IMG/VR virus record: IMGVR_UViG_2061766007_000322 | Direction: 5' to 3' (one strand) | DNA: 64,000 bases | DNA from: an uncultured virus (IMG/VR IMGVR_UViG_2061766007_000322) | Lineage: Duplodnaviria; Heunggongvirae; Uroviricota; Caudoviricetes | In this document: positions 10,248 to 20,700 of the stretch, piece by piece | Layout: each line of letters opens with the position of its first letter | Numbering within the stretch: position 1 is the first letter of the stretch | The notes under the pieces: generated by a model | What the model saw: the letters and a program-made list of their open reading frames with translations, nothing else | What the model was told of the DNA's origin: nothing | Database searches by the model: none | Translations under genes and position numbers: made by a program

Positions 10248-10742
10248 TTATTTTTCATTATAAAAATAGTGTATAAAAATATTTACGTAATCAGGTGAAA
10301 TATATTCAAATATATCACTCAAAACCAAATCACCTTTCCATATAGAGAAATATATACCATAACCCAAATTATTTAACGCATCATAATATTCATCTTTTAA
10401 TATAGAGAAATCCAAATGCGTATTTTGCCGTATCTTATTAAAGAAAATATCATTTCCTTGTGATATAAGACCTTCATATTCATATTGTGTTAATACAATA
10501 CTCATTATCGAGCCTTTGGGTTTTGTCGGTAATTCTTTACACACTAAATATTTTTTTGGTATATTTGCCGCTAAATCATTTACAGTTTTTCGATTTATAT
10601 ATTGCTTCTTGACATAAAACTTATTCATATCCCTCGATTTTTTAAATTCTTGGATATAGATTTTATTATCTGTATAAGCAAATAAATCACCAGTATCTTT
10701 TTTAAAGATGAAGTAATATCTATATTCTTTTTCTATTCCCAA
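10248..10742 (-). CDS. Paralog family A member (AYTDNK)
   Basis: YYFIF...LFAYTDNK...FKKSRDM. Confidence 0.7.
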   Translation of the reverse strand: MGIEKEYRYYFIFKKDTGDLFAYTDNKIYIQEFKKSRDMNKFYVKKQYINRKTVNDLAANIPKKYLVCKELPTKPKGSIMSIVLTQYEYEGLISQGNDIFFNKIRQNTHLDFSILKDEYYDALNNLGYGIYFSIWKGDLVLSDIFEYISPDYVNIFIHYFYNEK

Positions 10743-10945
10743 AACTTATCACCATCATCCTCTGTAAGACAATCTGAAAACTTACCTTTTTTAAGTTTCT
10801 TTTTCATTTTCATTAAGGTTTTTTTCAGTTTCTTAGTATTATACCCAAACCTATCATACATAATAAAAGAACTCATAAATTCTAAATCATTAAGTTCTGA
10901 TTTTATGAAGTTAGGATTTAATATAGAATCTTTCAATTTTATCAT
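10733..10945 (-). CDS. Small basic hypothetical protein
   Basis: 70-aa ORF, first gene after the class I promoter. Confidence 0.6.
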   Translation of the reverse strand: MIKLKDSILNPNFIKSELNDLEFMSSFIMYDRFGYNTKKLKKTLMKMKKKLKKGKFSDCLTEDDGDKFWE

Positions 10946-10973
10946 CTCCTTATAATATTATTTATTAACCAAT

Positions 10974-10986
10974 AAAATAATATATA
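10974..10986 (-). promoter_or_regulatory. Class I promoter TATATATTATTTT
   Basis: Exact 13-mer. Confidence 0.75.
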
Positions 10987-10999
10987 AACTAATATAAAT

Positions 11000-11037
11000 T
11001 GAAGAAAGAGGTAAGTACGTACTTACCTCTTTCTTCA
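11000..11037. terminator. Perfect palindrome / terminator
   Basis: TGAAGAAAGAGGTAAGTACGTACTTACCTCTTTCTTCA. Confidence 0.7.
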
Positions 11038-11131
11038 TTATTTATTTTTCGTTTTCTTTATTTTCATCGGAATAAATAATATCTTCAAATGGTATAATTA
11101 GTATATGTTCATTATCATTTTTTGTATGTTC

Positions 11132-11635
11132 CTATGAAGTTTCGTTATCAAAAGAACATTCATCGTTATCAAATGTAGTTTCATCTTCTAAATCAGTATC
11201 TGCAACATCAGTTTCATCATCAGATGTATCATTAGGTTTTGCAATAGTTATATAAGCATCGTCATTATTTAAATTACTTAAAATAATATTAATCTTATCA
11301 ACAGCATCTTTTTTACCAGATTCATCTGCTAATTTTAATGCTGTAACAATTTTATCTCCAAGTACTGCTTCACGTGATGTAGAATTATTGTTATATGTAT
11401 TAACAATAAGAACTAATACGTTAACAATCAATGTTACAACCTTAGCAACAGAGTCTTCATTGTAATTAATCGGAGATACTCCAAACATCATAAGGATACT
11501 ATTTAATGATAGAAGTATTGCCATAACCCAGCCAACATATGTTGAAGGTGGAATCTTCTTCCATGGAATATTAATAACTGCAGGACCCAATTCGTATTTA
11601 AAGTAGTTTTTAATAGCTTTAAACATAATATCCAC
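11132..11635 (-). CDS. SPP1-family-like holin with acidic tail
   Basis: Two TM segments, LNSILMMFGVSPI and YNNNSTSREAVLGD pattern. Confidence 0.7.
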   Translation of the reverse strand: MDIMFKAIKNYFKYELGPAVINIPWKKIPPSTYVGWVMAILLSLNSILMMFGVSPINYNEDSVAKVVTLIVNVLVLIVNTYNNNSTSREAVLGDKIVTALKLADESGKKDAVDKINIILSNLNNDDAYITIAKPNDTSDDETDVADTDLEDETTFDNDECSFDNETS

Positions 11636-11731
11636 CTCTTTAAAAAATTTATTTAATATATGGTTTATTTTTTTTATTACCTATTTTACATCATATTAAA
11701 CTGTATTTTTTTAAGAAAGGATTGATTAATT

Positions 11732-11908
11732 ATGGAAAAATCTCTTATAGGATGTCTTAATAATTATAGTAAAAGTGAACTTTATGAACTGTTTGGAACA
11801 AACGAGGATGAACTTAAAAACTGTATGAAGTGCCCAAATAGGACTACTGTTGATAACGGCATCGTAACTTGTAAATATTTTAATGAGGGTGATAAAGATG
11901 AGAGTTGA
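11732..11908 (+). CDS. Small Cys-containing protein (58 aa, not in ORF track)
   Basis: GAAAGGA RBS; MEKSLIGC...CMKCPNR...TCKYF; TACA-N6-TAA at 11687. Confidence 0.6.
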   Translation: MEKSLIGCLNNYSKSELYELFGTNEDELKNCMKCPNRTTVDNGIVTCKYFNEGDKDES

Positions 11909-13091
11909 AAATATTATTATTAATAATTTAGAACTCCTTGAAGGTGCATATAATAATGCAGTTAATGGTAATATTAAAAAAGATTTTGGAAGAAGACTTC
12001 CTATTTTGCTTGAACATATTTCTGTTGTATTAACTGTAAGAGATGTATCTTTACTTGAAGCAATGATGCTTAAAAAATTCTCTAATTCAAATGTTATAGA
12101 ATATGATGATTATATATCTAAAAACGTGCCAAATAAAAAATATGGAGGTATGTCTATGTATATAGACGAACTTTCCAAACTTAATGATGTGATTCAGAAA
12201 GATAATGATGTTAAAGTTAAACCTAATATGATGATATTTCCTATATCTGAATTAAAGAAAACTATCGTATTAAGATTTTCAGGTATATCTCTTTTAAATG
12301 TGATTGGTCCTATTGATAATTTACCAACTTGTATTTTTAAAACTGCTAATAAAGACACGTATGAAGATTTTATTATATCATATTTTATTAAAGAATTTTA
12401 TAATTTTATGGATAATCAGATTCAATATGTTGACTTGGCGTCTGATGCAGCTTTACATTCTAAATATCTCAATTCTATTAAAGATAAAGATAAAATTATT
12501 CTTTCTCAAATCAATACCTGTTTTGGTACAATAGACTTTTTAGATCAAAATACTTTTCCTAACAATCTTGCTAAAATCAATTCTAATAAATTTAAATCCG
12601 ATTGTGATAATTCTAACTATAAATTATATGAACTTGATTATCTTGATTCTATATTTTTTACTTGCAGTACATCGTTGTATACATTTTTTGAGATATTTTT
12701 AAATTCTCCGATTGGTTCTATATTGGAATTTACTGATTTTAAAATAGTTTTTTCAGATAAAGAGAATTATATTTCATATGATGATATTGAAAAATATAAC
12801 AGGAGACTTGTTAATTTATATAAATTAATTTATCATGCCAGAACTGAAGTACAAACAAATGAAACCAGACTTGATAAGTTTAATTATATGATGTTATCAC
12901 AAAAAATGAATTATACTCTTAAAATAAAATTTTCTGATTTAGATAATTTTATTAAATTTCTTGAAAGATATATTGAAAAAGAGTATATTAAAACTAATTG
13001 CACATATACATATTCCTATACAGAAATTAAGGATATAATTGATTTTATTAAAATGAGTGCCTCTGCATTATATAACAATTTCAAAAAATAA
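11898..13091 (+). CDS. Hypothetical protein
   Basis: About 397 aa from ATG 11898 with GAGGG RBS. Confidence 0.7.
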   Translation: MRVENIIINNLELLEGAYNNAVNGNIKKDFGRRLPILLEHISVVLTVRDVSLLEAMMLKKFSNSNVIEYDDYISKNVPNKKYGGMSMYIDELSKLNDVIQKDNDVKVKPNMMIFPISELKKTIVLRFSGISLLNVIGPIDNLPTCIFKTANKDTYEDFIISYFIKEFYNFMDNQIQYVDLASDAALHSKYLNSIKDKDKIILSQINTCFGTIDFLDQNTFPNNLAKINSNKFKSDCDNSNYKLYELDYLDSIFFTCSTSLYTFFEIFLNSPIGSILEFTDFKIVFSDKENYISYDDIEKYNRRLVNLYKLIYHARTEVQTNETRLDKFNYMMLSQKMNYTLKIKFSDLDNFIKFLERYIEKEYIKTNCTYTYSYTEIKDIIDFIKMSASALYNNFKK

Positions 13092-13098
13092 ATGATAA

Positions 13099-13135
13099 AA
13101 TGACGCTATAAGATAAAAATTCTTATAGCGTCATT
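13099..13135 (+). terminator. Hairpin terminator
   Basis: AATGACGCTATAAGA...TCTTATAGCGTCATT. Confidence 0.7.
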
Positions 13136-13647
13136 AATAGATTATATCATTAAATAAAGCACATAGATTTACATTCAAAAGATTTATATAAAATGAAAGG
13201 AGGTATAAATAATATGAGTTTGTTATGAGAGTAAACAATTTCATATTTCCTATTTTTTTGAATATAAATCTAACTTGAAAGAAGTTAATCTTTTACATAA
13301 TTGTTTTAAAATAAAAATAATAGAAAGTTTTTCTTATTTGATTAATCTCATTTTTTTGTATCCGTTTCATTTATATTCTGTATACACGAAAGGAGTGATT
13401 TAATTATAAAAATCAAATCAGAAAAATTTTATTATTGAGATATAGATTAATCAAAATTAAAACTTTCTATTTATTTATAAAAAAGTTGAATTTCATTTTA
13501 TTTTTAATTTTTCGTTTTATTTATATTAACGTTAACTCACGCGGTCGAACAGGTTATTATCACTATNNNNNNNNNNNNNNNNNNNNNNNNNNNNNNNNNN
13601 NNNGAGATACTCTATGTATAAATAAGAGTATTTTGGTTTTTTTTATA

Positions 13648-13796
13648 TATATATTATTTTCGTAATAATGGTGTACATACAGTATTATGTATTACATATG
13701 TATGTATATACACATTATTTAATTTAGTCAGGCACATCCAATAAATGTGCCACATATATATCTTGTGGTGAAACACCACAAGGGAAGGAGTTTATT
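13648..13796 (+). promoter_or_regulatory. Class I promoter plus structured 5' leader (copy D, divergent)
   Basis: 13-mer at 13648; long hairpin; GGCACAT/ATGTGCC around CCAATAA; CTTGTGGTG-AAA-CACCACAAG; GGAAGGAG. Confidence 0.6.
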
Positions 13797-15001
13797 ATGA
13801 AAAAAGAAAAGAAGACTATCATCCCCACAGCAAGTGCTTTCAAAAACCGCCAAGATCTGACTTCTGTTATAATCCAAGATGGTGTGACAAGTATTGGAGA
13901 AGAGGCATTTCGTGGCTGTACAAACCTTATTTCTGTCACAATTCCTGACAGTGTGACTTATATTGGTGAAGGTGCATTTCGTGGCTGTACAAACCTTATT
14001 TCTGTCACAATTCCTGCCAGCGTTACAAGCATTGGAGAAGGTACATTTTGCGACTGTGCAAGCCTTACTTCTATCACAATTCCTGCCAACGTTACAAGCA
14101 TCGGAGTACGGGCATTTTGTGGCTGCACAGGTCTTAATTCTGTCACAATTCCTGACAGTGTGACTGATATCGAAGTCAAGGCATTTTGCAACTGTACGGG
14201 CCTTACTTCTATCACAATTCCTGACAGCGTTACAAGTATTGGAGAAGGTACATTTCGTGGCTGTTCAAGCCTTACTTCTGTCACAATTCCTGACAGCGTT
14301 ACAAGTATTGGACAAGGTGCATTTCATGGCNNNNNNNNNNTACAAGCATCAGAGAATGGGCATTTCGTGACTGTTCAAGCCTTACTTCTGTCACAATTCC
14401 TGACAGCGTTACAAGCATCAGAGAATGGGCATTTCGTGGCTGTTCAAGCCTTACTTCTATCACAATTCCTGACAGCGTGACTTATATTGGAAAAAGTGTG
14501 TTTCGTGACTGTTCAAGCCTTATTTCTGTCACAATTCCTGCCAGCGTTACAAGCATTGGAGAAGGTGCATTTCGTGACTGTTCAAGTCTTATTTCTGTCA
14601 CAATTCCTACCAGCGTTACAAGCATTGGAGAAGGTGCATTTCGTGACTGTTCAAGCCTTACTTCCGTTGTGATTCCTGACAGTGTAACAAGTATCGAAAA
14701 AGGGGCGTTTCAAGACTGCTCAAGCTTAACGTTTGTCACAATTCCTGACAGTGTGACTGATATCGAAAACAGGGTATTTTGCAACTGTTCAAGCCTTACT
14801 TCTATCACAATTCCTGACAGCGTTACAAGTATTGGACAAGGTGCATTTCATGGCNNNNNNNNNNAGCGCATTTCATGGCTGCTCAAGTCTGACAAGCAAC
14901 TGGTTCAAGACAAGATAACAACTTGTTATCTTGTTATGATAAAAAAAGAGAATCGTGCTATTAAAAAGCACGATTCTCTTTTTTTATTTAAATTATACTA
15001 A
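13797..15001 (+). CDS. BspA-type leucine-rich repeat (LRR_5) protein; one gene broken by N gaps
   Basis: 23-aa/69-nt repeats LTSVTIPDSVTSIGEGAFRGC; frame jumps coincide with N runs at 14331 and 14855. Confidence 0.85.
14942..14984 (+). terminator. Hairpin terminator
   Basis: AAAAAAGAGAATCGTGCT...AGCACGATTCTCTTTTTT. Confidence 0.75.
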
Positions 15002-15023
15002 TTACCAAAAAAATGCTAATAAT

Positions 15024-15036
15024 TATATATTATTTT
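15024..15036 (+). promoter_or_regulatory. Class I promoter TATATATTATTTT
   Basis: Exact 13-mer. Confidence 0.75.
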
Positions 15037-15104
15037 TCTGGAGTAAAGTTTCATATTTATGAATACTAACTTCATAAAAATTAATTTAAGAGGTGTTGAT
15101 ACAA

Positions 15105-15584
15105 ATGTCCAAGAAAAAGAAAAAAAAGAAACACAAAAGTAGTTATTACTACGAATATCCAGTAGTCTCTGACAAAGACTTGACTTATATGCTCTCTGGA
15201 GTTGATAAGACTATTGATAAGAGCTATAAGAGTTTGCTGGATGAAATCAAACAGTATCAGCTCGACATAAAAGTGTCTGATGTTGAGGCTGAGGAAAAAC
15301 AGAGGAAGAAATTGAAAAAAGAGCTTGGAGTTATTCCGTATTACTGTAGGAAAGAACAAGTTGAATCTCGTAAAAAGGTTCTTCAGGAAATGGAAGCAAG
15401 GAAAACTTTTGACAGAATTGAACTCGCATTCAAGAATATTGTTCCGATTGTAGTAGTGATAGCAAAACTTGTTGCGGCTCTTGTAACATCTATACTCGGA
15501 TTCAAGACGGCTATGGGGTATATAAATCCTACCACATTAAACAGGCTTAATACAATAAAGGGTATGGCATCAGCTATAACCTAA
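15105..15584 (+). CDS. Hypothetical membrane-associated protein with N-terminal poly-Lys
   Basis: MSKKKKKKKHK; hydrophobic IVPIVVVIAKLVAALVTSILG. Confidence 0.7.
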   Translation: MSKKKKKKKHKSSYYYEYPVVSDKDLTYMLSGVDKTIDKSYKSLLDEIKQYQLDIKVSDVEAEEKQRKKLKKELGVIPYYCRKEQVESRKKVLQEMEARKTFDRIELAFKNIVPIVVVIAKLVAALVTSILGFKTAMGYINPTTLNRLNTIKGMASAIT

Positions 15585-15602
15585 TAGTAAGAAGGTGATT
15601 GT

Positions 15603-16073
15603 TTGAAATTGTTTGCAGTAAAAAACTCAAACAATAACCTGATTGCATACCATGAAGATCTGGATGTGGTTGAAGAATATGTACGTAATATAAAGGTATC
15701 ACATCCAGATATAGACTTGGTGATTGGAAAAATATCTGAAAAATTCGTATACAAAAAAGACCCAACACATGAATTATATCTTGTGAGATATTCCCAAACA
15801 TATGTGCAATCAGGCTATTTGGTTTATCTCGAAGTAAATTCAAGTCAACATATCTATGATATGAAGTATTGTAAGGAAATCATTATTCGAACCATTAATC
15901 AATGGAAAGATGATTTAGATGAAAAAGATATAAAGTGTCTTAAGAAAGCCGCAAAGGTGTTTGATGAAATATTATTTGACGCTGAAACTTTTACACCATC
16001 TATATCTGAATTAAGATCAATGAAAGATATGATTGAACCTTATATGTATAACCGTGATGTATATTTTGATTAA
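15603..16073 (+). CDS. Hypothetical protein, distant family A-like N-terminus
   Basis: MKLFAVK...LIAYHED; TTG start after AAGGTG. Confidence 0.6.
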   Translation: MKLFAVKNSNNNLIAYHEDLDVVEEYVRNIKVSHPDIDLVIGKISEKFVYKKDPTHELYLVRYSQTYVQSGYLVYLEVNSSQHIYDMKYCKEIIIRTINQWKDDLDEKDIKCLKKAAKVFDEILFDAETFTPSISELRSMKDMIEPYMYNRDVYFD

Positions 16074-16081
16074 AGGAGTAG

Positions 16082-16363
16082 TTGGTTATGTCGAAAAAAA
16101 TTATTTATACTCATGATATTGCTGCTGGAATTGTTGATAAATTTGAAGATGTTTTAGTAGAGAACAATATCAGTGTACCGTCTCCCGATGACGATGACCG
16201 TTCAGATGAGGATAAACTCGGCTTATATGGTTTAACATACCATAGACTTGTTGAAGACGTTGAAGCCGAACTTGTCGAACTTATTGCAAAAGCTCGTAAT
16301 AGTAACGAAGATGCATATGATGTAATCTCTGATGTTTATGGTGGTTGTAAATATGATGAATAA
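16082..16363 (+). CDS. Hypothetical acidic protein
   Basis: 93-aa ORF, AAGGAG RBS. Confidence 0.65.
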   Translation: MVMSKKIIYTHDIAAGIVDKFEDVLVENNISVPSPDDDDRSDEDKLGLYGLTYHRLVEDVEAELVELIAKARNSNEDAYDVISDVYGGCKYDE

Positions 16364-16405
16364 TAAAAAATTTAAAAAAATACAAATAAGAAAGGATTAT
16401 AAAAA

Positions 16406-16630
16406 GTGAGTAATGCCGATAAAGTTGAATTAGATGGTATTGTGACACAAAAATTACATGGTGCTATGTTTGAAGTTACGTGTACCAACAACAATAAAAG
16501 TATTATAGTCACATGCACCCTTTCAGGAAAAATTCGCCAGAATAAGATACTTATATCTATTGGTGATAAAGTCAAAATCAATGTCTCCATATACGATATT
16601 AAAAGGGGAATACTCGTGTGGAGATACTAA
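16406..16630 (+). CDS. infA: Translation initiation factor IF-1
   Basis: VELDGIVTQKLHGAMFEV...LSGKIRQNKILISIGDKV...YDIKRGILVWR. Confidence 0.9.
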   Translation: MSNADKVELDGIVTQKLHGAMFEVTCTNNNKSIIVTCTLSGKIRQNKILISIGDKVKINVSIYDIKRGILVWRY

Positions 16631-16730
16631 TAAATTAGCTTAATATAGAAAGTTGAGGTAATGATATATATGATTGTATCATAGTCTTACCAAATGGTAA
16701 GAAATTACAAAATACCAAATAATAGAAAGT

Positions 16731-17579
16731 ATGAGGATTAATAATATGAATATAGATAATAAAAATGAACAGCAGATTTATAAATTGGATATGTTGTATA
16801 ACGAAGAGATTGAAAGATCTATTCGCCAGACAAGACATTATGTACGCGAAATATTTGAAGAAAATTATGAAAAACCGGAATGTAATAAATCTGGTATAAT
16901 AAGTCTTGTTAATATGACAACAAATGCCGCAATATTCGAAAATTCATCGAGAGGAAAAACTGTCGCGGCATTAAATTTTGCATCGTATAAAAATCCTGGT
17001 GGAGGATTTTTGAAAGGGCATGTTGGACAGGAAGAAAGTCTTTGTAAACACAGCACTCTTTATAATGTTCTCAGTGCATTTGCCGAGGACTATTATATAC
17101 CTAATAAACTTCATAGACTTAATGACGGACTTTATGAAGATAATCTTTTGTATTCGAAAGACATTGCATTTTTCTTGAACAAAAAATATGACAGATTTGT
17201 AAAATGTGATATTATCACGTGTTCGGCTCCAAATTTTTATGTCGCTTCGTCAAATGGTGTAACAAGAAATAAATGTTTTGACGTTCTTAAAAGAAGAATT
17301 GAGTTTGTTTACAAGGTTGCTTCAAACGAAGACGTCGATACTCTTATACTTGGAGCATGGGGTTGCGGAGCTGGAGAATGTATTCCAAGTGATGTAGCTG
17401 TTGCTATGTTTATGATGCTGGAAGATTACCGTTTCATGTTTGACAACATTATATTTGCTATACCTGGAGACACTATGGGTGAAAAATATAGCACTATTGA
17501 AAAGTGTTTTGATATACAGTTACAGGAAGATAGAATCCTTAATAGAAAAGACAGGATCCTTAATAGAAATTGCTATTAA
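16731..17579 (+). CDS. TIGR02452-family microbial PARG-like macrodomain protein
   Basis: LNFASYKNPGGGF...QEESLC, ITCSAPN, LILGAWGCG. Confidence 0.88.
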   Translation: MRINNMNIDNKNEQQIYKLDMLYNEEIERSIRQTRHYVREIFEENYEKPECNKSGIISLVNMTTNAAIFENSSRGKTVAALNFASYKNPGGGFLKGHVGQEESLCKHSTLYNVLSAFAEDYYIPNKLHRLNDGLYEDNLLYSKDIAFFLNKKYDRFVKCDIITCSAPNFYVASSNGVTRNKCFDVLKRRIEFVYKVASNEDVDTLILGAWGCGAGECIPSDVAVAMFMMLEDYRFMFDNIIFAIPGDTMGEKYSTIEKCFDIQLQEDRILNRKDRILNRNCY

Positions 17580-17610
17580 TAAATATAATCGTTGGCATAC
17601 AAATGTAACC

Positions 17611-17650
17611 GATGTGCGTCAGAGAAATTCTCTGACGCACATCTTTTTTA
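17611..17650 (+). terminator. Hairpin terminator
   Basis: GATGTGCGTCAGAGA-AAT-TCTCTGACGCACATC followed by a T run. Confidence 0.8.
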
Positions 17651-17710
17651 TCTTTTTAAAACACAATAATTTAAAGCGAATAATAAAAAGAAAGGAGTAT
17701 GTGAAAACAT

Positions 17711-20700
17711 ATGCTTGAATTATTTTATGAATCTGATATTACGGATGATTTATATATGCCTCAACATGTTAAAAATGCAAAATATACTTTAATAGAAAAG
17801 AAAAAATTTCTTGAAGAAGCTATAAAAAATGGCGGATATTATGGAGATAATGGATGTTGGAATTCTATTTTAGTATTTGATAATGATAAAAATATATATC
17901 GTGGAAGAGTTGAAACTCTTGTAATAAAAGATAATGAATATGTTTATTTAAAATTTTTACCGAAAGAATCTCAAAATGATAAAAGAAAATATACTATTCC
18001 AGGTGGTTCTTTTGAAAGAGATGTTCCTAATGATAAACAAGCTATTGCTGAGTGTGAAGAAGAAGCTCGTCTTAAAATAAAAAATATACAACCAACTGGT
18101 ATAACTTATAAAGATATAAAACCACCTCCGAGATGGGCTATAAATAAGCAACCTATAAATTGGAATGGTAATTATACCGAAGTATATGTTGGTACATATG
18201 ATGGAAAATTTACTGGTCACATAGATAAAGTTGATGAAGATAGATTTATGATTACTGGTAAATTCTATAAAATTGATGAAATATACAGATATCTTCGTAA
18301 AGAACATAAAGATGCCCTTAAAATTATTTATCCAGATAGGTTTGGACAAAATATAGTTGTAAGAGAATCTGGAAGTAGTAATAGAAAGTTTGCAAATGTT
18401 CCTTCTATAAAAGCTATGATTAAGAGAATTTATAGTAAAACCAAAAAAGAAGAAAAATTACCAACTGGAAATCAAAATTGCTTACTTTGCACTTGGTGTG
18501 TTGAAGCTTGGTTTAGAGGAATAGATATACTTCCACGAGCTGTATATAGTCCAACGGATAAAATATTTGATTTTGAAGGTTATGATATTATAAAACGACC
18601 GACAAAGATTACCATTGAAAACAAAGATGATATAAAGAAATTTATTTTAGCCGCTGGTGACAGGTCAAGGTTTTATGTTCATTTTAAATGGAAGAATGGT
18701 AATGGTGGACATGAATTTCTTTTAATAAATATTCGTGATGAAATTTATTTAATAGATGCACAGTCTAACATACTTGAAAAAATCACATCTCCAAAAGTAA
18801 GTAGTTACTTTAGAGATGTTGATTATGAAAAATCATTCATTGTTAGAGTAGATGATAAAGAAATAAATACATCAATGCTTAAATATAATGACATGGAACC
18901 AAAAGAATTTACACCAGAAGATATGAAATATATTCATGATAATGATCTTATCAAAAAAGAGTATACAGATATTGAAGGAGAGATTTCTATAAATGAATCA
19001 TCTGAATCTGTTTTTGACAAAATACTTAAACTAAATGATAGATTAAATGATTATGAATATATGATTCCAAATAATGGTAATCCTATAACACATATTAAAA
19101 ATGATGATTTTATAAAATATTATGTTCTATTATCACCTAATGAATTTGAGAAATATAAAGGTGGAGTATGTTGGGATTATGTTGCATATGAAGCAATGTA
19201 TTTTAGAGCAAAATATCCTAATATAAAATTCGAAACTTATTATCAGGTTATAGATAACCGAAATGATAATCCAACTCATACGTTCTTAATATTTGAATTT
19301 AATAAAAAATGGTATTGGTTTGAATCATCATGGAAACCAAATTGTGGTGTTTATGGCTTTAATAATAAAGACGATTGTATAGAATATATAATGCAGAAAT
19401 TAAGATTATCAGGTAAAAATTATGGTACTTATATTTGTAAATTTGATGCAACCGATGCAACCATGTATGGTATGAATTGTGTTGGATATATGAATTATAT
19501 GTCGTTTATGATTAAACCATATAAATTTACAAATAAGAAAATTGAACCTATATTTATTTATAAAGGGCATTGTCCAACCGATTCATCTCATAATAAATAT
19601 TATAGAATTTTATATGGTGGAATAGGTATATATGAAGCATTTAAGCGAATTGTTCCGATTAATGTGTGGTTGGAATTTAAAAAATCTACTGCATGTAAAT
19701 GGTTACCATTACCACCTAAATATGAAAATAATTATTATTCATATTTTACTTATGAAGGCTATAAAAAATTTATGGATTTAACTTATCCAAAAATGTTGAA
19801 ATATCTTAATAAAGATAAGATAGAAACATCAATAGTTGAACTCGATGAAAACTCTATAGTATATTCGGATGAATATCAAATTGTTGCTACAAATAATAAT
19901 TGTGTGATAGAATCTGAAGATAATTGCCCAGATGATAAGGAGTATACAATGGAATCTGTTATATTTAATAATAAAGATACTTATTATAACAAAGATAAAT
20001 TTGATTCAGGTGAAATAAATCTTTGCTTTATTACTGGATTTTCTGGTTCAGGTAAATCTACTATGGCTAATGAAATGGAAAAGTCTGGTATTGAAAAATA
20101 TGAACTTGATGATATCGCATTTCAATTTAATTTTTCTGATGAGAATTTAAAAGAATATGGTGGAATGATATATTCGTTCTTTAATGGTCCTGGTAAAAAA
20201 TACAGAGCTGTTAAAAGTATTAATGATTTAAAGACCGATAAAGAAGCTGATGATTACCAAGCTAATATTTGTATTGATTTTATTGATTATGCTAAAAAGT
20301 ATGCATCTTCACATAAAGACAAAAAATTTGTTGTAGAAGGTGTAGAAATTTTTGGAGCATATATTGATAAAATCGAATCCCTTAAAGACTATGCTATCTA
20401 TATAAAAGGAACTTCTTTATTTAATAGCTATATAGGGTCTGCAAAAAGAGATAGTCAAGACGCTGAAACGAATTTTGGTAAATTTAAATCATTTATGAAA
20501 ATGATTGCATCATCAAGTAGATTTAAACAGTATCTAATATCAAATACAAGACTTAATAAAATCAAAAAGCAAATTAACGAGTATGTAACTGAATCCGAAG
20601 ATAAAAGCGAGCTTACAAAAGGCTTTAAATCAAAAACCAGCAATATTCAATATAAGACTTTATCAATAGATAATCCTGAAATATATGATTATCTTAAAAA

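Noticed and set aside
13797..14860. Repeats as a CRISPR array or DGR template/variable pair
   Set aside because: They are in-frame 69-nt coding repeats with no spacers, and no reverse transcriptase or cas gene is in the window.
14331..14864. Apparent frameshifts or phase variation in the BspA gene
   Set aside because: Frame changes coincide with 10-N placeholder gaps of arbitrary length.
17525..17570. 21-bp tandem repeat (DRILNRK/DRILNRN)
   Set aside because: Small C-terminal duplication with no evident function.
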